This document shows, one piece after another, positions 37,285 to 48,788 of a DNA stretch of 64,000 nt. The DNA comes from Mobula hypostoma. Lineage: Eukaryota. The stretch is taken from positions 27,902,001-27,966,000 of the forward strand of contig NC_086118.1 of NCBI RefSeq assembly GCF_963921235.1. Direction: 5' to 3'. The translations under genes and the position numbers were made by a program. Each line of letters starts with the position of its first letter. Positions within the stretch are counted from its first letter, which is position 1. The notes beneath the pieces were generated by a model. The model worked only from the letters and a program-made list of their open reading frames with translations. It was not told the DNA's origin and searched no databases.

Positions 37285-37600
37285 GTGATTCTGGAGTCCA
37301 TTTCCCCACAATGGTCCCAGAGCCCATCTCCCCAATGTGATCTCAGTGTTCAGCTCTATCGAGTGATCCCAAAGTGCATCTCCTCAGAATGGTCCCAGAA
37401 CCAATCTCCCCATGTGATCCCAGGGTCCATCTCCTTTGTACGATCCCAGAGTTCATCTCCCAAATGTGATCCCAGTCTATCTCCTCAGTATGGTCCTCGA
37501 GTCAGTCACCACAATGTGATTGTCGAGTCCATCTCTTTAGTTTGATTTCAAAGTTCAATTCCCTGAGGAGGATCCTGATGACCAGCTCTACAAGTTATAC
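37285..37600. repeat. Degenerate ~25-bp minisatellite (GTGATCCCAGAGTCCATCTCCCCAAT-like) in intron 3
   Basis: About 12 diverged copies visible. Confidence 0.75.
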
Positions 37601-37783
37601 TGGAGTTCATGCCTGTGTGTGAGAGACAGGACCTTCGCCTGAGTATGTTTCTGGTGAAATGCAATGCATTACTCAATGTTTCATTTCACTCATGCAATTA
37701 TATAAAGAAACAAATGTTTATGTTTTTGGTTTTGACTAGGAATAATTAAACCATTTTACATCTGTACTAAAATATACTGTATG

Positions 37784-38260
37784 TTAGATTAGATTATGAA
37801 GACACACAGTCCTCTTTTATCGTCATTTAGTAATGCATGCATTAAGAAATGATACAATAGTTCCTCCAGTTTGATATCACAAAACACAGGACAGACCAAG
37901 ACTGAAAAAACTAACAAAACCATGTACTTATAACATATAGTTACAACAGTGCAACAATACCATAACTTAATGAAGAACAGTCCATGAGCACAGTAAAAAG
38001 TTCAAAGTCTCTCAAATGTCCCACATCTCACGCAAACGGGAGAAGGAAGAAAAACTCTCCCTGCCATGCCCGACCGCAGTCCGACTCTGAGTTGTCCGAA
38101 AACTTCGAGCCTCCGATCAGCTCTCCGACACCTAGTACCGAACACCATCTCTATCCGAACGATTCAACCTCAATCTCGGTCGCCAACAGCAGGCAAAGCC
38201 TGGGATTTTGAGGCCTTCCTTCTGGAAGATTCTCGATCACGCAGTAACAACAGCAGTGAA
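37784..38260 (-). mobile_element. Rex-tailed non-autonomous retroelement
   Basis: Reverse-complement match to 47035-47625; (tctaa)n tail. Confidence 0.8.
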
Positions 38261-38437
38261 CTTGTTAGATGACTAAAGTAGAAACCCTTGATGAAGCTTG
38301 TACAATATACTTTAGCAAGGCTGTAGACAGCAATTTTCAAATGAATGTATCCTTAAATACATCTGTTCCCCTCTCAATATTTCTTTAATCGGATTAATTA
38401 TCTTACTTTACTCTATAATTTTTGACATTATACGGCA

Positions 38438-38610
38438 TTATAAATATTTGAAACAGAGGAACTTCCCGTAGAGTATTAACAGAACTAGTCCACAAATCAT
38501 GAAAACAGCTACCAGTATAATCACTGTGATCATTACTGGATCCTTCAAATAAACTACTTTGCAGACATCTTTTTCAACACAATTTGCTGCACAGGTTTGG
38601 TCGTCAGGCT
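38438..38610 (-). CDS. CD7-like protein, exon 3 (Cys-rich stalk, transmembrane helix, short tail ending in TAA)
   Basis: Acceptor tatcttcccag, phase 1. Translation EPDDQTCAANCVEKDVCKVVYLKDPVMITVIILVAVFMICGLVLLILYGKFLCFKYL*. Exons 1-3 total 594 nt = 197 aa plus stop. Confidence 0.88.
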
Positions 38611-38929
38611 CTGGGAAGATAAGATAAAATATGCACACATTTATATTTTAATTTTACCATTTAGCTACAAATCAGAGTGAGCTTAATGAGTATTTTTACG
38701 GAGAAAACAATATGAAAGCTAGTCTGTTGCAGATTCCTGGTTCTGGGTTACTGTACTTATAACTGGTCAAAATTGAATTGAAAATTGGCTTACTATTAGT
38801 AAGGTTTGTAAATGACAGAGGGACTAATGCCAAAGCACTAATGATCATGCAATAAACTGATGAGGTCTGAGCAGGCTAAGTCAAAGCATAGCAAGGTAAA
38901 AATGGGGTTCCAGATGACAATATGGAGGC

Positions 38930-41900
38930 AGATGTTAGTAGAACATCAGACAAAGTTAGAAAATCAAAAGGTTGAGCATTGTGCGACTAGTGTCCTGAGC
39001 TGTGTATATTTCAACGCAAGAGGTATCGTAGGAAAGGCGGATAATAGTGCTGAAGTTGAGGTAGCTAGTTTACAAACAGAGGCAATGTGTAGTGAGGAGA
39101 GGCACTTGATAGGGCAAACTTGCAGTCAACAGGAGGAGATGCAACGTAAAAGGTGGACAAAATTAAAAAGGGTAAATACAGTGCTGAAGGTATTATATTT
39201 GAATGCACACAGTATAAGGAATAAGGTAGATGAAATTGCAGCAGAGTTGTAGATTAGAAGGTATGCTGTTGTAGGCATCACTGAATCATGGTTGAAAGAA
39301 GATTACAGCTGGGAGCTTAATGTCCAAGGCTACACATTGTATTGAAAGGACAGGCAGGAAGGCAGAGGGGTGCAGCAATGCTCTGCTGGTGAAAAAATGA
39401 AATCAAATCATTCGAAAGAGGTGACATAAGGTCAGAGGGTGTTGATTCATTGTGGATAGAGCTAAGGAACCACAAGGGTAAGAAGACCTTGATGGGAGTT
39501 GTATACAGAATCTCAAACAATAGTAAGGATGTGGTCTATAAATTACAATGAGAGATAGAAAATACATGCCAAAAGGGCAATGTTACAATAGTCATAGGGG
39601 ATTTCAAAATTCAGATATATTGGGAAAATCAGGTTGGTGCCTGATTCCTGGAAGTGGAGTTTCTAGAGACCCTACAAGATGGCTTTTTAAGGCAGCTCAG
39701 GGTTCATCCCACGAGGGGATCAGCTATTCTGGATTGGGTGTTGTGTAATGGACCAGAATTGATGAGAGAGCTTGAGATAAAAGAACACTTTGGGGAAAGT
39801 GATCATAATATGATTGATTTCACCCTGAATTTTGGGAAGGAGAAGCTAAGGTCAGATGGATCAGTATTACAATGGAGTAAAAGGAATTACAGAGGCATGA
39901 GAGAAGAGCTGGCCAGAATTGATTGGAAAAGAACACTGGCAGGGATGACAGCAGAGCAGAAATAGCTGGAAGTTCTGGAAACCATTTTGAAGGCACAGGA
40001 TATATAAACCCAAAGAGAAAGAAGTATTCCAAAGGAAAGATGACACAACTGTGGCACAACAAGAGAAGTCAAAATCAACATTAAAGCCAAAGAAAGGACA
40101 TATCACAGAGCAAAAAAAAAATAGTGGGTAGCATTTAAAAACCAAAAGAAGACAACTAAAAAAGTCATTAAGAAGGAAAAAATGGAATAAAAAAGTAAGC
40201 TAGCCAACAATATTAAAGAGGATACCATATTTCTTATGTTTCTTAAGATACATAAACTGTAAAAGAGAGGCACCAGTGGATAACAGACCACTGGAAAACA
40301 ATGCTGGAGATATAGTAATGGGGACAACGAAATAGCAGATGAACTGAATAAGTATTTTGCATCAATCTTCACTGTGGAAGACATTAACTGTATGGTGCAA
40401 GTCCCAGGTATCAGGGGGCATGAAGTGTGTGAAGTTACCATAACTAGAGAGAAGGTTCTTGGGAAAATGATAGGACTGAAGGTAAATAAATCACCTGAAC
40501 CAAATGGTGTACATCCCAGCGTTCTGAAAGAGGCGGCTGAAGAGAATGTGAAGGCATTTGTAATGATCTTTCAAGAATAACTAGGTCCTGGAATGGTTGC
40601 AGAAGACTGGAAAATTGCAAATGTCACCTCACTCTTCAAGAAGAGAGAGAGTCACAAGAAAGGAAACTATAGGCCAGTTAGTCTGACATCAGTGGTTGGG
40701 AAGATGTTGGAGTTGATTATTAAGGATAAGGTCTCAGGGTACTTGGAGGCACATGGTAAAATAGGCTGTAGTCGGCATGGTTTCCTCAAGGGAAATTCTT
40801 GTCTGACTAATCTGTTGGAATTCTTTGAATCAATAACATGTAGGATAGACAAAGGGGAAATCGTCAATGTTGTGTAATTGGATTTTCAGAAGGGCTTTGA
40901 CAAGGTGCTGCCATGGTATTACAGGAAAGATTCTAGCATGGATAAAACAGTGGCTCATTGGCAGGAGGGAAAGAGTGGGAAGAAAGGGAGCTTTTTCTGG
41001 TTGACTGCTGGTGACTAGGTGTTCCACAGGGGTCTGTGTTGGGACCGATTCTTTTTACGCTATATATCAGTGATTTGGATGATGGAATTGATGACTTTGT
41101 TGCAAAGTCTACAGATGAAATGAAGATAGTTGGAGGAGCTGGCAGTTTTGAAGAAGTAGATAAGCTACAGAAGGACTTGGACAGATTAGGAGAATAGGCA
41201 AAGAAATGGCAATTGGATTACAGTGTTAGGAAGTGTATGGTTATGCACTTTGATAGAAGAAATGAAAGATTCAGAATTCAGAGTCAGGTTTATTATCACT
41301 GGCATGTGACATGAAATATATTAACTCAGCAGTGGCAGTTCAATGCCTTACATAATATAGAAGGATAATAATAATAATAATAATAATAACAAATAAAGAA
41401 AACTTATTCGGTATATTATACAGTATATGTATATTGAATAGAATAAAAATTGTGCAAAAATAGAAATACTATATATTTTTTTTAAAAAGTGAGGTAAACT
41501 GCTTTCTAAATGGAGAGAAAATACATAAAAACTGAGACATAAAGGAACTTGGGAGTCCTTGTGCATGATTCCCTAAAGGTTAATTTGCAGGTAGAGTCTG
41601 TGGTGAGGAAGGAAAATGCGACATTAGCATTCATTTTAAGAGGATTAAAATATAAAAGCAGGAATGTAATGTTGAGACTTTATTAAGCACTATGGCACCT
41701 CACTTGGAGTATCGTGAGCAGTTTTGGGCTCCTTATCTGAGAAAGGATGTGGTGAAACCAGAGAAGGTTCAAAGGAGGTTGACGAAAATGATTCCAGGAT
41801 TGAATGGCTTGTCATATGAAGAGCATTTGATGGCTCTGGGCAGTATTCAGTAGAATTCAGAAGAATGAGAGGTGACCTCATTGAATGGTAAAAGACCTTG

Positions 41901-42250
41901 ATAAAGTGGATGTGGAGAGGATGTTTCCTATGATGGGAGATTCTAAGACCAGAGGACACAGCCTCAGAATGAAGGGGTGTCCTTTTAGAAAGGAGATGAG
42001 GAGAAATTTCTTTAGGCAGAGTGTGGTGAATTTGTTGAATTCTTTGCCACTGGCAGCTGTGGAGTCCAAGTTTTTAGGTAGATTCTAAGGCAGAGGTTGA
42101 TAGATTCTTGATTGTCAGGACATGAAGGGATGTGGCGAGAAGGCAGGAGTTTGGGGCTGAGAGGAAAATTGGGTCAGCCATGATGACATGGCAGAGCAGA
42201 GCCGATGGGCCAAACGGGCCAATTCTGCTCCAATCTCTTATGGTCTTATA
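38930..42250 (+). mobile_element. Long decayed CR1 LINE (APE endonuclease + RT) in intron 2, antisense to the host gene
   Basis: LKVLYLNAHSIRNKVDE, GITESWL, GDF, SDHNMI, GNYRPVSLTS, HGFLKGNSCLTNLLEFFE, GVPQGSVLGP; many stops; interrupted by a Rex tail at about 41270-41495. Confidence 0.9.
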
Positions 42251-43418
42251 TAAAAGTTATCATTTGAAGAAGAAACAACTAACACAGAAGAAAAAGATTG
42301 TCAAAATCTGTTCTGAGAGCCAACATAAGTGGCAAAATTGAAAATGGTGCTTGTTTTAAACAAGTTTGTAAACTGTCCTTTTGAAAAAAATCAGCTTACT
42401 TGTTCCTGCATCAGAAAAACAAACTGTGGGTGGTTGTTTTAAAAGAATATCAGTGAAAAATGATTGAGAAATTTCTTCAATGAAGTACAATCACTACTGG
42501 AAGCGGTTCAGCTTATTAAACACAGCATTGAAAGACAGCACCAGATAACGTTGATTTCTTGTATGAACTAATGAAACTTCTCGGTACAAAATTTAAACTC
42601 TTTATTCTCCTCAATAGATGCTGCCTGACTTGCTGAGTTCCTCCAGCATTTTGGGTTTATATACAACTCAGCCTTTATCTGCTAAAGTCAACCTGAAATG
42701 GGTCTTAAACCCAGAACCTTTTCACTTAAAGCTAACACAACTATGGACCAACAGATTTCTGTTTAAAATATTAATATATTACTATTATTATGAACATTAT
42801 TACATGTTGCATTATTTTTTATACTGTAGGTTTCCAAAGAAGATAATTATTCCTTAGAATTAAAATTTTAATGAATAGCAAAAGCACATCTTTTCCACAA
42901 TCAAAGAACAAATTTGTTGGTGTCATGCTCAACTAGAATAGACCACAATAACATGAAATAATCCTCCTGGCTCCCAAGAATTAAAGTTATTGTTAATTGA
43001 CTCCTCATGCTTTGTTGTTTTTCCAATCCACATTTAAATCAATGCCGTTTCATCCAAATAAAGAGAGGGCAATCACAATTCATTGCTTCCTCTTGGAAAT
43101 TCAACTATGTTCTGGATGGAATTTTCTTATAAATTATTATGAAGGGCAAGACTGAATATTGCACTTAAAATGCAATTACTTCAACTTCATTTCTCAGAAC
43201 AATGAAAAGAATTTTGACTAACAAACTGCCGATTTCCTTACAGAAAGATCATTAGAAGCAAAGGAAATTTTGCTTGGGATATCAGTGCATTGAAAATAAC
43301 TGGAAACAAAGTGACATCTGAGCAAATACATATGTAATTTGTATATATACGTAGCTTTTTATCAGCAGTTTTATTTCAGCCTATAATAATGGAAGAAAAC
43401 TTCATGCATGAAGTATAC

Positions 43419-43772
43419 CTGATACAAGAAGAAGGGTTCCTCTTCCATGGAAGTCAGAAAGTTTGGCCTCTTTGATCCCAGTGGTACAATAATAAAAATT
43501 AGTATCATTTATCTGGAGATTTCTGAACTGAATGGTGACACTTTCTTCATCTTCGATTGTCTTATTACAGTTGAGTCGATCCCAGTATGATACTGCAATG
43601 TGTGCAATTTCATTTGCTCCAGTGAAATAACACAGATCCTCCGGTGATAGAGGATTCTTTTTAAAGTGAGTACCCACTACCTTTCCATTCCTAACTGTAA
43701 TTTTACACTTTATTGTAGCTGATTCTCCTTTTTTTGCCAGTTTGGAGTGTGGAAAGTGCTCAACAGAGCCAT
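43419..43772 (-). CDS. CD7-like protein, exon 2 (Ig V-set domain)
   Basis: Acceptor ttttacag, donor TCAG|GTATAC, 354 nt, phase 1-1. Translation DGSVEHFPHSKLAKKGESATIKC...DLCYF...RLNC...SVTIQFRNLQINDTNFYYC...FHGRGTLLLVS. Has B- and F-strand Cys, DxxxYYC and a GxGTxLxV G strand; no C-strand Trp, as in CD7/CD28/CTLA4. Confidence 0.93.
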
Positions 43773-45834
43773 CTGTAAAATTACACAATTAAAAATATAG
43801 TCAGTGCAAAAATGAAGGGACCAATAAGAAATACTTTAATGTGAATGTTTTCCTAATTTAAAGATAGATAGAGAGGATGAGGATCATCATGTGATCACTG
43901 ATGAGGTGCCACAGGACAAAGCTGGTTCCCTGTAAGAACTTAGTGTTGAGAATCGTTACATTGGGTCCTGCAATGTAACTTTGTGTGTTGTACATTGAAC
44001 CCCAGGTCATAATTAATCAGAATCACAGGGTATTTATCATTTTGTGTTCTGATTTTGATTTCATGAAGCTAGCTAGTACAGATTAAATCACGCTTGCATC
44101 TCTCAATGCTCTTTGCCTTTATCAGCTGTGGGAAGCCACTGAGTAGAGTCTGATATCTTCATGATGGACTACCACATATTCAGATTCTCCAATATTGTGG
44201 CATTTTTTGGAATGCCATGGTAGATGAGGTGAGCAGATGAGAGTGCCTTGGGAATAAGCAGTGACAAGTGACATATTCAGGTCCGTGTACAGGCGATAAT
44301 GAGAGGAAATAATGCTTAAACTGGATATGAGGGTGTCACCAGAACAGAAGATTTAACATACAGTCAAGTCAGTCAGTGCATCATGCAATCTTATTTCAAA
44401 TAGCTGCAATAGAAGTCCCCCATGTTACTCTATGTCTCATTGCTGGTCATGAAAACTATCAAACATTTACTTCCTACCTCATACTCACACACTCAAAAAA
44501 TTTCAACATTCACATCCTGACCTCACAATTAGATACATTCCAATCAGTAAAATAAGGTACATTTCAAGGTAGTCTTTCACACATTTTCCTCACTGCTGAC
44601 TGAGAAGGTTCAGACAATTTTGGTCTCAAATAAGTATATAAATATAGTTCCAAATAATGGTTCAGAACTCAAGCACACACTGAAAAAAAGATAGGAAAGG
44701 GGGCAATAAACAATAAAAGCGGACAAGCACGTGATTCTTGCCTTGCAGGTGGCTATCATTCTGAAATCTGCCACAAAGTGTACAGTGGAAAAAAACCTTT
44801 CAGGTAAATGAACTCTCTTCATAACTCTGATTTCTGATGAAAGGTCAATGATCTGAAACTTTAACTTCTTCCAGATATTTCCTGATCTGCTGATTATTTT
44901 CAAAAGTTTCTATTTCATTTGATTAACGCTAATTTGTACGCTTTCAGCAAAAGGCTTTAACACATATTCGCTAACGAACAATATGATAGTTTTCTTCAGT
45001 ACAAAGTCTCCAAGATCATTGGGTTTGCAAATGGTTCTTCCCAATCTTTAGTCATAACTTAATATTTATTTTGGCCAGCTTAAGCTGTGATATTTTGCTC
45101 TGCAGTAAACATTGCAATACAACATCTTTTCATTGGCTTCAGTGTCTTCCTGAGTATCATTCTCCTCTGCAGCTTTCCTATGAAAATATTAGTCTTGTGG
45201 TAAGTATCTCCTTACTTGCATTTCATATCAAAGGAATCTATGAAAGCCAAAATACCGCAGATACTGCAAATCTTAAATACATACAGTAAATGCTGGAAAT
45301 ACTCATCAAGTCAGACAGCCTCTGAGGGAAGAGCAGCAGCATTAATGTTTCAGGCCTTCATCAGAATGGGGATGAAGGAAGACCCATCATCACCAACATT
45401 TTTTTCGACGACTGCAATTTTCTATGTTCTTTCTTTCTACTGTCATGGTCAAATTTTTGCCATACTACCTCCTTTAAGATGTGACATCGTATATGTCCAA
45501 TAGTATTCAGAATCTTTTTTCCTTTGTTTAATGATTGCAACTGTAATTGGTATTGTTATTACTTTTTGTCACATGTACTGAGATACAGTGAACAATTTAG
45601 CTTTGCATGCCATCCATGCACATTACTTTAAAACGCAAGTACATTGAGGCAGAACAAGAACAAGCAGTAAAATAACGTTACATATAGTGTAACAAATATG
45701 AGGAAGTGCAATGCAGATTGGCTTTTAAGTGCAAGGGCTGTGATTAAGGAGATTGTGAAGTTAGGAGTTCATTATTAACATACAGGAGGTTATTTCAAGA
45801 GTCTGATAAAGGTGGTATAGAAACTGTCCTATTT

Positions 45835-46335
45835 CTGAGTCGACAGTGTTTTCCTGGCTCGACAGGAGGTGCTATTCTATACGGATCTGTACTGGGACAC
45901 CTGCTCTTCGTGAGTTTTAAAAAAGATTTGGAAGAAGTGGAAGGTTGCAGATAACACGAAAGTTGACGATGTAGTAGATTTCACAAAAGATTGCAGTAGA
46001 TTAAAACAGGACATTAATAGGATGCAAAGCTGGGCTGAGAAGTGGCCAAAAATGTGTGAACTTGAAGGCAGAGCACTGGGTGAGCAGGATTCTTAGCAAT
46101 GTGTAGGAATGGAAAGATCTTGGGGTCCACAACCACAGATCCTTTAAGTTGCCATACAAGTTGATAGTTTGTTCAGATGGCATGTGGTGTGCTGGCCTTG
46201 ATGAGTCTGGGATTGAGTTCAAGAATCACAAGGGCTATATGAGAGGGAAGAGTTAGACTGAGCTTAGGGTAGATTAAAAGTTCAGCACAACATTGTGGGC
46301 CAAAGGGCCTTCACTGTGCTATCATTTTCTATGTT
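45835..46335 (+). mobile_element. Decayed CR1 fragment
   Basis: Remnants of GSVLG, DTKV, LKQDINRMQSWAEKW and a CR1 3'UTR. Confidence 0.65.
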
Positions 46336-47034
46336 CTTGGTTCTTTTCAAGAAGAGGAAGCAAGGATAAAGAATTCTCAGACTATGCATTATTCTTACCA
46401 GAGTGCATAAACCACAGTGATTTTAACACAAATTTCTAATTAGATCATAAGTGACGAAAAGATTTTAAGTTTAATTGTTAGAACAAAAACAAGTTTTAAG
46501 TTTTTGAAAGTGCATGTCTTAACCCTGATAAAGGGTCCCAGCCTAAAAGTCAACTCTTTATTCCTTTCCTTAGAAGCTGCCTGAACTACTGAGGTCCTCC
46601 AGCATTTTGTGTGTGTTACTCTGCATTTCCAGCTCTTGTGTTTAAGAATTTTTTTGCTGGCTCTGTCTTCTATTAACAATTATTCAATTTTAAGCATTAA
46701 CAAATTTTGCAAGTTATCAGTATTGAAACTGCTGAGCTGATCATCTGAAGTACAGTATTTCAGAAACATGATTGATCCAAAACTTTAATTCTGTTATTCA
46801 CTTCTCAAATCCACAGATACGGCTTGCCAAGCTGAACAATTCCCAGCATTTTAAATTTTAAATTTTATTTTTCCAGTTTCTGTTTTTGCTCTTCAAAATT
46901 TTTGGAAGAGTTGTTGAGGCAAATGCAATGTTAAGGTCTTTCTTTATTATTTTTGTATATTCAAATGTTCTAATGTAGTTTTGGTTTCATTTTAATAAGT
47001 TATTTTAATATTGTAATACTTTCTAATCCAACAA

Positions 47035-47625
47035 TATTATGCGCAGCTCTCCGGTGAAAATGACATCGTATCTGTTAAATAGGGGCCGTGGACAATTCTG
47101 ATTTGATGGAGACAGACGTGAAAGCACAGACGAACATCTGGAGAAATTTCCGAAATGCCGGTTCCCTGCCGCTGTTACTGCACAATCGAGAATCTTCCGG
47201 AGGGAAGGCCTCAAAATCCCTGGCTTTCCCTGCTGCTGGCGACCGAGATTGAGGTCAAATCGTTCCAATAGAGATGGTACTCGATGTCGGAGGGCTGATT
47301 GGAGGCTTGAAGTTTTCGGTCGACTCAGAGTCGGACTGTGTTCGGGCATGACATGGAGAGTTCTCTTCCTTCTCCCGTCTGCGTGAGATGTGGGACATTC
47401 GAGAGACTTTGAACTTTTTTATTGTGCCATGGACTTTTCTTCATCAAGTTATGGTATTGTTGCACTGTTGTAACTATATGTTATAATTATGTGGTTTTGT
47501 TAGTTTTTTCAGTCTTAGTCTGTCCTGTGTTTCTGTGATATCACACTGGAGGAATATTGTATCATTTCTTAATGCATGCATTACTAAATGACAGTAAAAG
47601 AGGACTGTGTGTCTTCATAATCTAA
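47035..47625 (+). mobile_element. Rex-tailed non-autonomous retroelement (intron 1)
   Basis: High similarity to 37784-38260 in opposite orientation; ends CTTCATAATCTAAT. Confidence 0.8.
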
Positions 47626-48278
47626 TATTGTGTCCCAGCTTGGAGCTTACAAATATATGAAAAAGAATCCTCAGATATTAACTTAAATTTTCACCTATTC
47701 GATTAACTGATTTCCTATCAGCATAGCTGCATTTGGCTATTTATTCACATTTTTAAATTAATTCATTTATTTGCATGCTAAAGACCAGAAGGATTGAAAT
47801 ATATAGTCTGACATGTTGTTTACACGTTAATTGCATCATTTAGGGAATTATAAAAACATTGATTCGGAATTTTGCCAAGGAAAAAATTAGAAAGTTCTAT
47901 TCTATAATAAAAATCACGGTTGAAATTAATGCTTTGAAAGAATAGATTTCATTTTTAATATTTGCTACTAATATAGAAACATGACCCAAATGTACCACTG
48001 AAGTGTGAGAAAATTGAACACAAAGCTATATAACCTAGATTAGAAAAAAAAATGTGCCTGACATTCTTTGAGAGAGAAAGAGAATCATAGAAGGGTCTAG
48101 AGTAGGAAAAGAGCTTGTAAAATGCAATGCCAAAGATACACTGCATGTGTCAGTTATTTTAGATTAATTTACATTCCAGAAAAGGACATGAAGAGGAACA
48201 AGCACATGTTGTGGTAAAATGTTTAGTATAAAAGCATTATTTATAATTTGAAAGATTTCATAGGAAAATGTTTCCTAC

Positions 48279-48345
48279 CTGGGCCCTCTGCAGTAGTCAT
48301 TGTGAAGAATAAAATTGGAAGATAGAGTAACATTAGTACAGCCAT
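48279..48345 (-). CDS. CD7-like single-IgV type-I membrane protein, exon 1 (signal peptide)
   Basis: ATG at 48345 gives MAVLMLLYLPILFFTMTTAEGP (hydrophobic leader), 67 nt, phase 1, donor CAG|GTAGGA. Joins exon 2 in frame (G+AT=Asp). Confidence 0.85.
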
Positions 48346-48409
48346 ATTTCCTTCTCGCAAGTAACTTCTGTGAAACATCTTGAAACAACTGTTAATTACT
48401 GCCTGATCA

Positions 48410-48440
48410 TCCTACATCAGGAACTTCCTTAAAAGGCAGG
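48410..48440 (-). promoter_or_regulatory. Candidate proximal promoter element (back-to-back ETS cores / kB-like site)
   Basis: CAGGAACTTCCTT about 75 nt upstream of the ATG: GGAA on both strands, and GGAACTTCC resembles a kB site. Motif match only. Confidence 0.3.
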
Positions 48441-48552
48441 CCCCCATGGTGTGCTCAATGGTTTATGCTTTGCTGTCATTTTCAGTAAAGGTTATTGTCC
48501 TGCCAAATGTCATTCATCCATTTTATTTGTTTAAGTGATAAAAATTACTTAA

Positions 48553-48750
48553 TTCTTTACAACTCCTCCTTTGGAGGGTCAGACACCCTGAGCCAATAGG
48601 GTGGTCCTGGACTTATTCCTGGCATAATTTACATATCACTATTTAACTATTTATGGTTTTATTACTATTTAATTATTTATGGTGCAACTGTAACGAAAAC
48701 CAATTTCCCCTGGGATCAATAAAGTATGACTATGACTATGACTACTATGA
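48553..48750 (+). mobile_element. Rex-Babar LINE 3' tail about 210 bp upstream of the CD7-like ATG
   Basis: CTTTACAACTCCTCC...GGAGGGTCAGACACCCTGAGCC...AATAAAG(TATGAC)n. Confidence 0.88.
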
Positions 48751-48788
48751 ATCAAATTTCCATAAATACAGAAATATGATCAAGTACA

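Noticed and set aside
43402..43788. IgV exon as a rearranging Ig/TCR V segment
   Set aside because: The G strand is encoded in the same exon, there is no heptamer/nonamer RSS and no C-strand Trp, and it splices to a TM exon.
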